From the IMG/VR virus record IMGVR_UViG_3300009095_000073, positions 1 through 24,301 of that record: 24,301 nucleotides of DNA, one strand, 5' to 3'. Position 1 is the first letter of the stretch; each line of letters begins with the position of its first letter. A program made the translations under genes and the position numbers. Of the stretch, positions 8,460 to 16,215 are shown piece after piece. Source of the DNA: a virus (Duplodnaviria > Caudoviricetes). The notes beneath the pieces were generated by a model. That model was given only the letters and a program-made list of their open reading frames with translations. It ran no database searches and was not told where the DNA came from.

Positions 8460-8861
8460 TCAGGCGGATTCTGCGAACTGCGGGGTGAGTGCGCCGAGCA
8501 GGTCGGAGTAGGCGGCCTCGGCCGCTTCCTCGCGCTCGCGTTTCCGTGCCTCTTCGAGCTCGTCGACCGGCCGCGGCAGCGGCTTGGGCATCTTCACGCT
8601 CTTGGGTCGCTTGGAGTTGACCGCGACGGTGATCGCCGCGAGCGTGCGCACCGCGTCCGCGGTCTCCGCCAGCAGGTACTCCTGCTCCTGCCAGGCGTGC
8701 CCGCGCGCCGCCCGGTGCACCGGCGAATCGGGCGGCAGGTGCTCCACCATGACGCGCAGCTGGCGGAGCGTGATCTCCTCGCGGAAGTACTCCGCCAGCG
8801 GATCCCGCGGGGCGTAGGTCTGCAGTAGTGCGGCCTCGACCGCCTCGGGCTCATCGCCCAA
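8460..8861 (-). CDS. Tail assembly chaperone, frameshift extension (gpT-like)
   Basis: Lies between the first chaperone and TMP; only a weak TTG start; its frame is -1 relative to the upstream gene and is open across the slippery site. Confidence 0.8.
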   Translation of the reverse strand: MGDEPEAVEAALLQTYAPRDPLAEYFREEITLRQLRVMVEHLPPDSPVHRAARGHAWQEQEYLLAETADAVRTLAAITVAVNSKRPKSVKMPKPLPRPVDELEEARKREREEAAEAAYSDLLGALTPQFAESA

Positions 8862-8866
8862 GAGGT

Positions 8867-9214
8867 CTAGGGCCGAGTAGGGCCCCCCGTCGGCAGCTCA
8901 TCCTGAGTCGTGCGCGCCACGTCCATGAAGATCAGCAGCAGGTCGGCGATGGACCCGCCGGCCTTGATGAACCGCTCGTACTGGTCCTCGCCCAGGATCG
9001 CGGCGCCCTTGGCCTCGTTGGTGTCCGCCTGGTCGACCGCCTGGCTCCACTCCGGGTCGGCGAACATCGGGTGAGGGAACTCCCACACCTCGCCGTAAGC
9101 CTCGAAGGGCACCATGATGGCGCCGTCGGTCTCGACGAGGTCGAGCGCCTCGACGTACTTCTTCTTGACCGCGGCCAGGGTGCGCCGGGTCTTGCGGTTC
9201 TGCTTCTCAGCCAT
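8867..9214 (-). CDS. Tail assembly chaperone (gpG-like, 115 aa)
   Basis: Directly after the major tail gene; AGAAAGG RBS; motifs FPHPMF and AILGEDQYERFIKAGGS typical of actinophage chaperones. Confidence 0.85.
   Translation of the reverse strand: MAEKQNRKTRRTLAAVKKKYVEALDLVETDGAIMVPFEAYGEVWEFPHPMFADPEWSQAVDQADTNEAKGAAILGEDQYERFIKAGGSIADLLLIFMDVARTTQDELPTGGPTRP
8879..8888 (-). other. Programmed -1 ribosomal frameshift site G GGG GGC CCT
   Basis: Two overlapping in-phase X XXY YYZ heptamers (G GGG GGC and G GGC CCT) shortly before the TAG; the -1 frame reads GPYSALDLLGDEPEA into the next ORF. Confidence 0.7.
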
Positions 9215-9229
9215 GAGTCATGCCTTTCT

Positions 9230-9295
9230 GCGGGTGTGCGCGGGTGTGCAGAGGGCGCCGACCGGCGGGCACACCCATGCCGCCGGCCGGCGCCC
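9230..9295 (-). promoter_or_regulatory. Structured intergenic RNA element (hairpin / predicted pseudoknot)
   Basis: 16-bp stem 9253-9268/9280-9295 with one G-U pair; loop contains GGGUGUGC, complementary to GCACACCC at 9242-9249 and 9232-9239. Confidence 0.6.
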
Positions 9296-9300
9296 GCTTG

Positions 9301-9942
9301 TCAGGACCCGCTGGCGAGCTCGCGCCAGCCGGCGCCGTCCACCCAGGAGATGACGGAGGTGCCCGCGACGGCGTCGCGCTGAGCCTTGACGGTGACGTCC
9401 CAGTTCAGGGCCTCTTCGCGGTTCGCGACGGCCTCGCCGACCTCGGAGACCGTGCCGCGGGGGAAGAGGCGGACGAAGTACTTGGAGTCGCCGGTCGCCT
9501 TGGACTTGTCCTCGGCGATGAAAAGGAACCGGCGGTCCAGGCGGACGGGGTTGTTGGGCTTGGTCCAGCGCAGCGGCTCGCCGATCTCACCGAAGTCGCT
9601 GAAGCGCAGCCCTTCGTAGAGGGCGATGCTCACAGGGCTGGTCTCGCGCATCACGAACTGGGCGGTCGTGGAGTCCGTTGTGACATCCTCGCGGATCGGC
9701 TCCACGTCCTGCGCGGAAAGCACCTCAGAGGTTTCCTGGTCGCGGCCGTGGGTGATGCCGTCCTCTGAGAAATACCCCGCCGGGTACCAACCGTCCGGCA
9801 GCGGCAGCAGCTCGCCGGTGACCTCGTCGAACAGGTCCTCCGGCAGCTCGACGTCGTAGTCGGCGACGAAAACAGCGCCGTACAGCGCCTTGAAGACGAG
9901 CTCGTTGCGCGTGGCGTAGAACTCGGCGACCTCAGTGGCCAT
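9301..9942 (-). CDS. Major tail (tube) protein (213 aa)
   Basis: AAGGAG RBS favours the ATG at 9942; motif GWYPAGYFSEDGIT...EPIREDVT; lies between the tail terminator and chaperone genes. Confidence 0.85.
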   Translation of the reverse strand: MATEVAEFYATRNELVFKALYGAVFVADYDVELPEDLFDEVTGELLPLPDGWYPAGYFSEDGITHGRDQETSEVLSAQDVEPIREDVTTDSTTAQFVMRETSPVSIALYEGLRFSDFGEIGEPLRWTKPNNPVRLDRRFLFIAEDKSKATGDSKYFVRLFPRGTVSEVGEAVANREEALNWDVTVKAQRDAVAGTSVISWVDGAGWRELASGS

Positions 9943-9963
9943 CGAAACGCTCCTTGACATGCG

Positions 9964-9989
9964 AAAACCCCCGCCGGTCCGGCGAGGGT
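9964..9989 (-). terminator. Terminator-like / mRNA-stabilising hairpin upstream of the major tail gene
   Basis: Minus strand reads ACCCTCGCCG-GAC-CGGCGGGGGT followed by TTT. Confidence 0.55.
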
Positions 9990-10017
9990 CGTTGGATTTC
10001 TCTTCCTCTGGTCGCGC

Positions 10018-10425
10018 CTAGGAGCGCGTGGTCAATCGATACGTCGCGAACGTCCGGTACACCCCCGGGTTCTCGTGGCCGACCTGCCCGGGGCCGGCCT
10101 GCCCGGCCCCGTTGTGCACACGGACCTCGTCCACCAGCACGCCGCCGGTGAACGTCGCGGTCAGCGCCTCCATGGCCTGCCACGCCCGGTCAGTGGTCGC
10201 CCACATGACCTCCTCGCCGCCGGCGAACACGTCGACGTCGAAGAGCACCCGGCGCTCGCCCTTGACAGCGCCGCCACCGATCCCGCGGGTCAGCCGCACC
10301 AGCGGGCCGGCCTTGACTGCGTCCTCCATGCGGTGGCCCTTCGGCAGGGTGGTGACCACCCGGACGTCGGGCAGCTGCTCGGCGAGCCAGTCGCGCACCG
10401 CCCGCACCAGGTCCGGCGAGCTCAT
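10018..10425 (-). CDS. Tail terminator / tail completion protein (135 aa)
   Basis: Directly before the major tail gene; motifs VRDWLAEQLPDVRVVTTLP and FDVDVFA; ATGA coupling. Confidence 0.7.
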   Translation of the reverse strand: MSSPDLVRAVRDWLAEQLPDVRVVTTLPKGHRMEDAVKAGPLVRLTRGIGGGAVKGERRVLFDVDVFAGGEEVMWATTDRAWQAMEALTATFTGGVLVDEVRVHNGAGQAGPGQVGHENPGVYRTFATYRLTTRS

Positions 10426-10685
10426 ACGTCGGCCGCCTTCCGCAGCACCGCGAGCGCCGGACCGTAGGCGTCGCCGTCGACCTCGGCGCGCACCTGCGCC
10501 TCCGGCCGCCCATCAGAGCGCACCGACTCCACGACCTCCGGCGTCAGCGGCGCCCCCGTCAGCGACCCGGCCGAGGCTGCACGGGAGGCGATCCCGTCGG
10601 CCTCCTCGCGCATCGGCCCCGTGACCTCGTCGGACTGCATGACCTCGCGGATGCCCTCGAAGTACGCCTCGAATCGGACCTTCAC
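10422..10685 (-). CDS. Neck / HK97 gp10-like tail completion protein (87 aa)
   Basis: Position among head-tail genes; GIREVMQSDEV...ADGIASRA pattern. Confidence 0.6.
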   Translation of the reverse strand: MKVRFEAYFEGIREVMQSDEVTGPMREEADGIASRAASAGSLTGAPLTPEVVESVRSDGRPEAQVRAEVDGDAYGPALAVLRKAADV

Positions 10686-10688
10686 GGC

Positions 10689-11042
10689 TCACCCCCTGAT
10701 CTCGCGCAGCGACACCGCGGTGTGGTCCAGGCGGCCCGTCGCGCTCCTGAACAGCTCGGGCCGGCCGTTGACCTCGCAGCGGATGACCCCCTGCGAGGGC
10801 GAGGCGTACTCCACGGCGTCCACGCCGTCGATGTCGAGGAAGCCGCGCACGTACAGCCGGAAATGCGCGAGCATCTGGTCGCGCTGCTGGGTCTGGGTTT
10901 CCGTACTGTCGACCGGCTGCCAGCACACCCCGGTCAGCGTCTCCCGCACTTCGCCGTCGACGTCGTTGCCGTACACATCCGTGCCGACCACGTCGCGGCG
11001 GACGAGCACGACCTCGTCGCCCCAGATGCCGCGCCCGCTCAC
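10689..11042 (-). CDS. Head-to-tail stopper / head closure protein (117 aa)
   Basis: Start re-called to the GTG at 11042 (GTGA overlap); motifs DVYGND, GVCWQP, EVNGRP, DHTAVSLREIRG. Confidence 0.75.
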   Translation of the reverse strand: MSGRGIWGDEVVLVRRDVVGTDVYGNDVDGEVRETLTGVCWQPVDSTETQTQQRDQMLAHFRLYVRGFLDIDGVDAVEYASPSQGVIRCEVNGRPELFRSATGRLDHTAVSLREIRG

Positions 11043-11560
11043 GGCCGCGGCCCCAGCCGGTAGCGCTCCAGCGCCGCGGCGTCGAGACCGCCGATGACGG
11101 CAGCCTCGCGATAGCGGATAGTGCGCCGGTCCATGGTCTCCGAGGCGACGTCCAGCGGCGTCGAGGCCGCCTTGGCGGCCAGCTCCACCGCGAGTTTCAC
11201 CAGGTGAGGCGGCACCGGGTCGAAGCCCGCCGTGTAGTCGACCTGGATGCGGCCGAAGCCGCACGGCCACACGCCGGACGTGCGCTCGATCTGGCCGTAG
11301 CGGCGGCTGACCCGGAAGTCGGTCACCTCGGCGCCGTCGACGCGCACCGCGTCGACCTCGACCAGCGCCAGCGTGTGCAGCGTGAGCACCCGCTGACCGA
11401 GCCCGTCGTACTCCTCGGCCTCCACCGCGTGCAGCCCGATCGGCCAGCCGCAGTAGTCGGTGATGCTCTCCGAGGACGCAGCGAGCAGCGCCGCCGCATC
11501 CTCCGGGACCGGTTCGCCGGCGTAGACCGGCCAGTCATCGACGGTTGCCAGGGACATCAC
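11039..11560 (-). CDS. Head-to-tail adaptor / connector (gp6/gp15-like, 173 aa)
   Basis: Motifs LATVDD...ALLAASSESITDYCGW and IQVDYTAGFDPVP; follows the capsid region. Confidence 0.8.
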   Translation of the reverse strand: MMSLATVDDWPVYAGEPVPEDAAALLAASSESITDYCGWPIGLHAVEAEEYDGLGQRVLTLHTLALVEVDAVRVDGAEVTDFRVSRRYGQIERTSGVWPCGFGRIQVDYTAGFDPVPPHLVKLAVELAAKAASTPLDVASETMDRRTIRYREAAVIGGLDAAALERYRLGPRP

Positions 11561-11883
11561 GCACCCCCGGTCGCCTCAGGTTCGATGTCGGCCTTCTTGT
11601 TCTTCGCGCGCGGGGCGCGCTTGGCCTTCGCCGCGGACGGCGCGGGTGACGGAGTCGGGTCCGGCTCCTGCCACACGCCGCGCTTCTTGGCGTCGGCCTC
11701 GTTCAGCTTCATCTGCACGACTGTGCCGCCGACCTGCACGTCATAGACCTTGAGCGGTCCACCCTGCATAGGTGCCACCTCCCCCCGGTCGCTCGTGATC
11801 GGGGTGACGTGCGCGCCCGGCCCGCACGCCGCGTCCGCGGTACTGCAGACCGGGCACCGCCCGCCCACCTGCCGCTGATACAT
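11557..11883 (-). CDS. Hypothetical head-associated protein (108 aa; alternative start at 11769)
   Basis: Fills the gap after the capsid gene; N-terminal CPVC..AC; the internal ATG at 11769 has a GGAGG RBS; Lys/Ala/Pro-rich tail. Confidence 0.65.
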   Translation of the reverse strand: MYQRQVGGRCPVCSTADAACGPGAHVTPITSDRGEVAPMQGGPLKVYDVQVGGTVVQMKLNEADAKKRGVWQEPDPTPSPAPSAAKAKRAPRAKNKKADIEPEATGGA

Positions 11884-11886
11884 CGA

Positions 11887-13176
11887 TCAAGACCCGGCGG
11901 TGGACAGCTCCAGCTCGACGAACGCGGCCGGCTGCAGGACCGCGAACGCGAGACGGGACTCCGCCAAGACCGCGACCAGGTTGCGCACGAAGAAGTTGTC
12001 GTGGCTGTCGGTCACCGCGATGCTGGCCTGCTGGCGGTCGTAGATCACGGCCTTCGTGAAGTCCCCGACGTAAGCCTGGCCGCGCTCCAGCACCTCCGAC
12101 TCGACGACCGGCAGCCCCCACATGGTCGTGTTGCCGCCCGCAGCCACGGGCCCGCCCATGTAGTAGTGCTCGTTGCCGTCGCGCAGCAGGTCCAGCTCCT
12201 CGCGGTCCTCCGGGTGGATCAGCACCGCGTTCGCGTTGGTGCGCGCACCGAGGCGGACCCGGGTCTTGGCGCGCCGGATCAGCTCCAGGTCCTCCAGGCC
12301 GCCGGCCGACCCGCTGAGGGTCTGCGTCCCGGACACGTTGGCCAGCCCGAGCAGGTTCTCGCCGGTGCCGTCGCCGGCGACGAGCTGCCGGTCGATCTCC
12401 TCCTCGATGCCGTAGCGGAGGAACTGGTCGATCATCGCCCTGACCTGACCCACGTCGGCCAGGGCGCGCTTGGTGATCGCGGCCCAGTTCGCGATGGTCT
12501 TCACGGTCGTGGTCTGCCGACGGAAAGTGAACCCCGACTGCGGCTTGGTGCCCGACGTGCCGTCGGTAGCGGTCGCCTCAGGGGTGAACCCGGCGTGCTG
12601 GTCCACCGCGTCGACGAAAGCAAACTCCACCGTGTCTGACGCGGTGGTGGAGGAGGACATGAGCTGGCGCAGCGTCAGCGGCCGCTCGAATGGCGTGAAC
12701 CCCAGCTGCAGGCCGCGGTAGTCGGACTGGATCAGCCCGCCCGCGGACTCCCGGTCGGCGCCGGTCAGCAGCAGCTCCTTGAAGCCGACCGGCCGGCCGT
12801 TGATGCGCTGCTGCTTGCCGAAGTGGTCCCCGGCCGCCCGCTGCGCCAACAGGTCCTTGAACTCGGCGGATTCGGTGAACGCCTCACCCAGGCTCATGCC
12901 CTTGGTGTCGCGGTGGCCCGCCGGGGCCTGCTTGGCCTTGGCGGGCTCGTAGCCCACGCCCTCCAGCTCGGCCAGAGCCGCGGTCATCTGGTCGGTCTCG
13001 CGGGCCTGCTCGATCCGGCCCTTCAGCTCGGTCGCCCGCTCGAAGTAGGACTTGATCTGCGCCTGGTCGTCGGCCGACAGCTCGCCGCCGGCGGCCTCGG
13101 CCGCGTCGGTGATCTTTCGGGCTTCGGCGAGGACGCCCTTGAGCTCTTCGGTCAGGTCCTTGGTCTTGGTGGTCAT
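11887..13176 (-). CDS. Major capsid protein, HK97 fold, with N-terminal coiled-coil delta domain (429 aa)
   Basis: Motifs RPLTLRQLM, KPQS, VKTIANWAAITKRALAD, GDGTGENLLG, FVRNLVAVLAESRLAFAVLQPAAFV. Confidence 0.95.
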   Translation of the reverse strand: MTTKTKDLTEELKGVLAEARKITDAAEAAGGELSADDQAQIKSYFERATELKGRIEQARETDQMTAALAELEGVGYEPAKAKQAPAGHRDTKGMSLGEAFTESAEFKDLLAQRAAGDHFGKQQRINGRPVGFKELLLTGADRESAGGLIQSDYRGLQLGFTPFERPLTLRQLMSSSTTASDTVEFAFVDAVDQHAGFTPEATATDGTSGTKPQSGFTFRRQTTTVKTIANWAAITKRALADVGQVRAMIDQFLRYGIEEEIDRQLVAGDGTGENLLGLANVSGTQTLSGSAGGLEDLELIRRAKTRVRLGARTNANAVLIHPEDREELDLLRDGNEHYYMGGPVAAGGNTTMWGLPVVESEVLERGQAYVGDFTKAVIYDRQQASIAVTDSHDNFFVRNLVAVLAESRLAFAVLQPAAFVELELSTAGS

Positions 13177-14003
13177 GCCGTCTCCTCGGTGATGGACAGC
13201 TCCATGAGCTGGAGCTGGGCAGCAGCGAGCGAGGCGGATCCTGACCGGGAGGGCGCATCCGACTTGGCCCCGGCGGGCTCATCGTCGGCGGCGGTCGCGG
13301 CGGGACTGGCCTTCTCGTCCTGCGAATCGTCTTCGTCGGTGTCGGCGCGGTCGGCCAGCAGGGCCCGCACCGCGCGGATCTCTTCATCGGTCAGCGGCGC
13401 CACCTCGTCGGACTCCTCGTCCTCGACGGCGTCGCCTTCGGCTTTGGTGCGGGCCTCCGCGACGATCTCGCGGACCCGCTCCTCAGTCACCCCGGACTTC
13501 ACGCTCTCCAGGGACGTGCTCTGATTCGCGCCGACCAGAGTCGGCCCGACCTCGAAAAGCTTCAGTTTGCGCAGCTCGTAGTAGGACTCGCCGCCCCCGT
13601 CGTCAGCGTCCTTGGAGTCGACGAACGCGCCCTCCTGGACCTCGTAGCCAAACGAGAACTGCGTGATCCGGCGGCCCTTGAGGAGCTTGTAGACCTTCGC
13701 TGCGCGCGGCTCGTCCAGATCCAGCCGGGCCTTGATCCACAGCCCGTCGTCGGTCTCGGCGGCTTCCTCGACGACGCCGATGTGGGAGTCCGGGTCGCCC
13801 CAGTCATGCGACCAGATCACCGGTATCGGGGAGTCCTTCTCCTTCCACTCGTCGAGGGTCTCCTTGAACGCCCCGGGGACGATCTTGTCCCCGACCGAAT
13901 CGACGTTGTAGGCGGCGACGATCGCCTCGAACACGCCCTCTTCAGTGTTCTCGTGCTCGCCGGCCGCCTTGATCTTCAGCGGCGCGGACTTGGTGCGCAG
14001 CAT
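13173..14003 (-). CDS. HK97-family prohead maturation protease (276 aa)
   Basis: Start re-called to the ATG at 14003 (TGATG overlap); motifs GDKIVPGAF, IPVIWSHDW, QFSFGY, LFEVGPTLVGAN; acidic C-terminal tail. Confidence 0.92.
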   Translation of the reverse strand: MLRTKSAPLKIKAAGEHENTEEGVFEAIVAAYNVDSVGDKIVPGAFKETLDEWKEKDSPIPVIWSHDWGDPDSHIGVVEEAAETDDGLWIKARLDLDEPRAAKVYKLLKGRRITQFSFGYEVQEGAFVDSKDADDGGGESYYELRKLKLFEVGPTLVGANQSTSLESVKSGVTEERVREIVAEARTKAEGDAVEDEESDEVAPLTDEEIRAVRALLADRADTDEDDSQDEKASPAATAADDEPAGAKSDAPSRSGSASLAAAQLQLMELSITEETA

Positions 14004-15985
14004 CAGCTGTCTCCCTCCGGCTCGCCGCCGGTGATCTCGATCTCGCAGCGGCACTGAGCCGCCTCTTCCGCGGGCAACACGCTGTCCCCAGGCCAGCGGG
14101 CACCGTTGGGAAACACCCCGTCGACGTCAACCGCCACCCCGTTCAGGGCCATATGCGAATCCCGCGGATCCCCCGATGTCACCCGCCACACCTTCTGCGG
14201 GCGGGACAGATGGCTACGAGCCTGAGCGACCGTCGCGTACCCCGACACGTGCGTGGCCTGACGGCGCCCGATCGACGTAGCCCGATCCCCCGCCCACCAC
14301 GCGAACAGGGCGCGGAGCGCCTCGCCGGCGTCGTCTTTGCCCAGCGCCTCCTCGACGTGCATCCGCGAGGTGTCCGTCGTCGCGCGCGCCTGCGCGGCGG
14401 CGTTATCGGCCAGCCACTCCGCCATCTCCTCCGCGGAGTACAAAGACGGATCCAGCCCCATCTGCCGAAGCGCCGCCTTCGCCGCGCGCTCCGCGGTCGG
14501 CCCGTTCACGCCGAGCAGCACCGGCACGAGCTCGCGCTCCCAGCGCGCCCAGTCGACTTCTTCCAACGCCTTCACACCGCGGGAGCGGGACTTGACCGCG
14601 CCGAGCTGACTCGACAAGGACCGGCCCATGCGAGAGAAGTACTGCGCCAAGGACTCCCCCGCCGACTCCACGGAGATGTCCGGAGCGCCGGCCTTGACCT
14701 GCACCTGGCGGGACGACGTCCCCAGCGCCTCTGGGGCCTCCTCCGGCTGGTCGACCGGATCCGGTGCCGAGTCGCGCGGACTGGCCTGCCCGCCCACGGT
14801 CACGTTCAGCGGCGTGACGAGCTCGTCACCGCCCTCGACGCTCGGCAGGTTGTTGCGGGCGCGGATCTCGTTGACCGTCATCCACGGGGCGCCGGCCGCA
14901 GTCGAGGCGGCGGCGGCCTGTTCCTCGAACGATCCGCGCATCTTCTCCTGGAGGTTGAACTCCAGGTAGATGTCCTCGCCGTCGGGGAACTCGCTGACGA
15001 GCTGCGTCTCGAGGGCCTCGTCCACCATCGTCAGCCACGGCCCGAGCGTGTCCTGATACAGCTGCTTGTGCTGCTCACGAATGTTGCTGAACGTCGCGTG
15101 GTCGAGGATCCCGACCAGCGGCGGCGGGATGAAGTACGCCGACGCGACCTCTTCCCGGGTAAGCTTGCGCGCCTCGATGTACTGGGCGGCTCTCGGATCG
15201 AGCCCGGCCTCCTTGTAGGTCATGCCGTCTTCGAGGATCGGCACCCCGCCGGCCGCCGCGCCGTCGCCGGAATACAGATCCCGGAACTCCCGGATGAACC
15301 GGGTGCGGGCCTCGTCCGACCAGTCCCGCGCCCCCTTAGGCTGCGGCCGCTCAATCACCCCGGAGACCCGGGCGCCGTTCTTCCACATGCCCTGCCTGTG
15401 CTTGGTGGCCTGGTACTCCTCCAGCAGCACATCCCGCAGGCTCATCAGCGGCGACTCGCCCACCGTCAGATCCTCCGGGGAGTACCCGTGGATGTGGATC
15501 ATGTCCTCGGACTTGACCTCGATGGCCTGCCCGCCCGCGGAGATCTTGTAGCCCGGCGGCTCAACCCAGGATTCCTCAATGGGGGTGACCATCGGCACCG
15601 GCACCGGCAGCAGCCCCTGCGCGCCCTCACCGTCGGGGCGCACCTTGAGGATGAAGCACGTGTCGTAGATCGCCAGGTCGGCGATGATGCGGTACTTGAG
15701 CTCGTAGGGGGTCAGGCGTTTACCCGGCAACGGACGCCGCAAAAGGTCGGCCAGCGGGTGGTCCGTCAGCCGCTCCCGGTCGGTGTCACTGACGCGGCGG
15801 AAGGCGTGCAGCCCGAGCTGTGCGACGTTCCTCGCGAGGAAACCCACGACTGTGCGGACCTGCGGCTGGCGGCGGAAGATCTCCGCGGCCTCGAACCGCT
15901 CATGTCCCAGCTGCAGCGACGGCAGGGTGAACCCGACCGCGCCGGCGCCAGTGTCGAGCTTCCCGGCGGACAAAGTGAAGCTCAC
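14003..15985 (-). CDS. HK97-type portal protein fused to a MuF (gpF)-like C-terminal domain (660 aa)
   Basis: Portal motifs DMIHIHGY, GESPL, ILEDGM, HATFSNI, WMTVNEIRARNNLP; C-terminal KVWRVTSGDPRDSH...WPGD...QCRC is MuF-like. Confidence 0.92.
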   Translation of the reverse strand: MSFTLSAGKLDTGAGAVGFTLPSLQLGHERFEAAEIFRRQPQVRTVVGFLARNVAQLGLHAFRRVSDTDRERLTDHPLADLLRRPLPGKRLTPYELKYRIIADLAIYDTCFILKVRPDGEGAQGLLPVPVPMVTPIEESWVEPPGYKISAGGQAIEVKSEDMIHIHGYSPEDLTVGESPLMSLRDVLLEEYQATKHRQGMWKNGARVSGVIERPQPKGARDWSDEARTRFIREFRDLYSGDGAAAGGVPILEDGMTYKEAGLDPRAAQYIEARKLTREEVASAYFIPPPLVGILDHATFSNIREQHKQLYQDTLGPWLTMVDEALETQLVSEFPDGEDIYLEFNLQEKMRGSFEEQAAAASTAAGAPWMTVNEIRARNNLPSVEGGDELVTPLNVTVGGQASPRDSAPDPVDQPEEAPEALGTSSRQVQVKAGAPDISVESAGESLAQYFSRMGRSLSSQLGAVKSRSRGVKALEEVDWARWERELVPVLLGVNGPTAERAAKAALRQMGLDPSLYSAEEMAEWLADNAAAQARATTDTSRMHVEEALGKDDAGEALRALFAWWAGDRATSIGRRQATHVSGYATVAQARSHLSRPQKVWRVTSGDPRDSHMALNGVAVDVDGVFPNGARWPGDSVLPAEEAAQCRCEIEITGGEPEGDS

Positions 15986-16194
15986 GGCGCCACCACCTGC
16001 CAGTACAGGATGTTCGGGCGCTCGATCAGGATCGCCCCGTCCGCCGGCACCGGATCGCGGCCGAGCTCCAGCCGGACCGCGTCACGCAACTCGACCGTGC
16101 CGCCCCACCACCGCCGGTACAGCACCCCGCGAAACGCCGAACCGTCCTTCAGGTTGACCAGCACGCTCTTACGCCGCAGCAGCCACCACCGCAC
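15982..16194 (-). CDS. Small protein with predicted Sm/LSm-like fold (70 aa)
   Basis: GGGAGGGTGG RBS-like element; GTGA coupling to portal; VLVNLKDGSAFRGVL...VELRDA...GAILIERPNILYWQV resembles the Sm1/Sm2 motifs. Confidence 0.7.
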   Translation of the reverse strand: MRWWLLRRKSVLVNLKDGSAFRGVLYRRWWGGTVELRDAVRLELGRDPVPADGAILIERPNILYWQVVAP

Positions 16195-16215
16195 GCCGCC
16201 ACCACCCTCCCGGGG

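Noticed and set aside
11870-11900. Frameshift or read-through extension of the capsid into the next ORF
   Set aside because: No slippery heptamer at the capsid 3' end, and the next ORF has its own start options.
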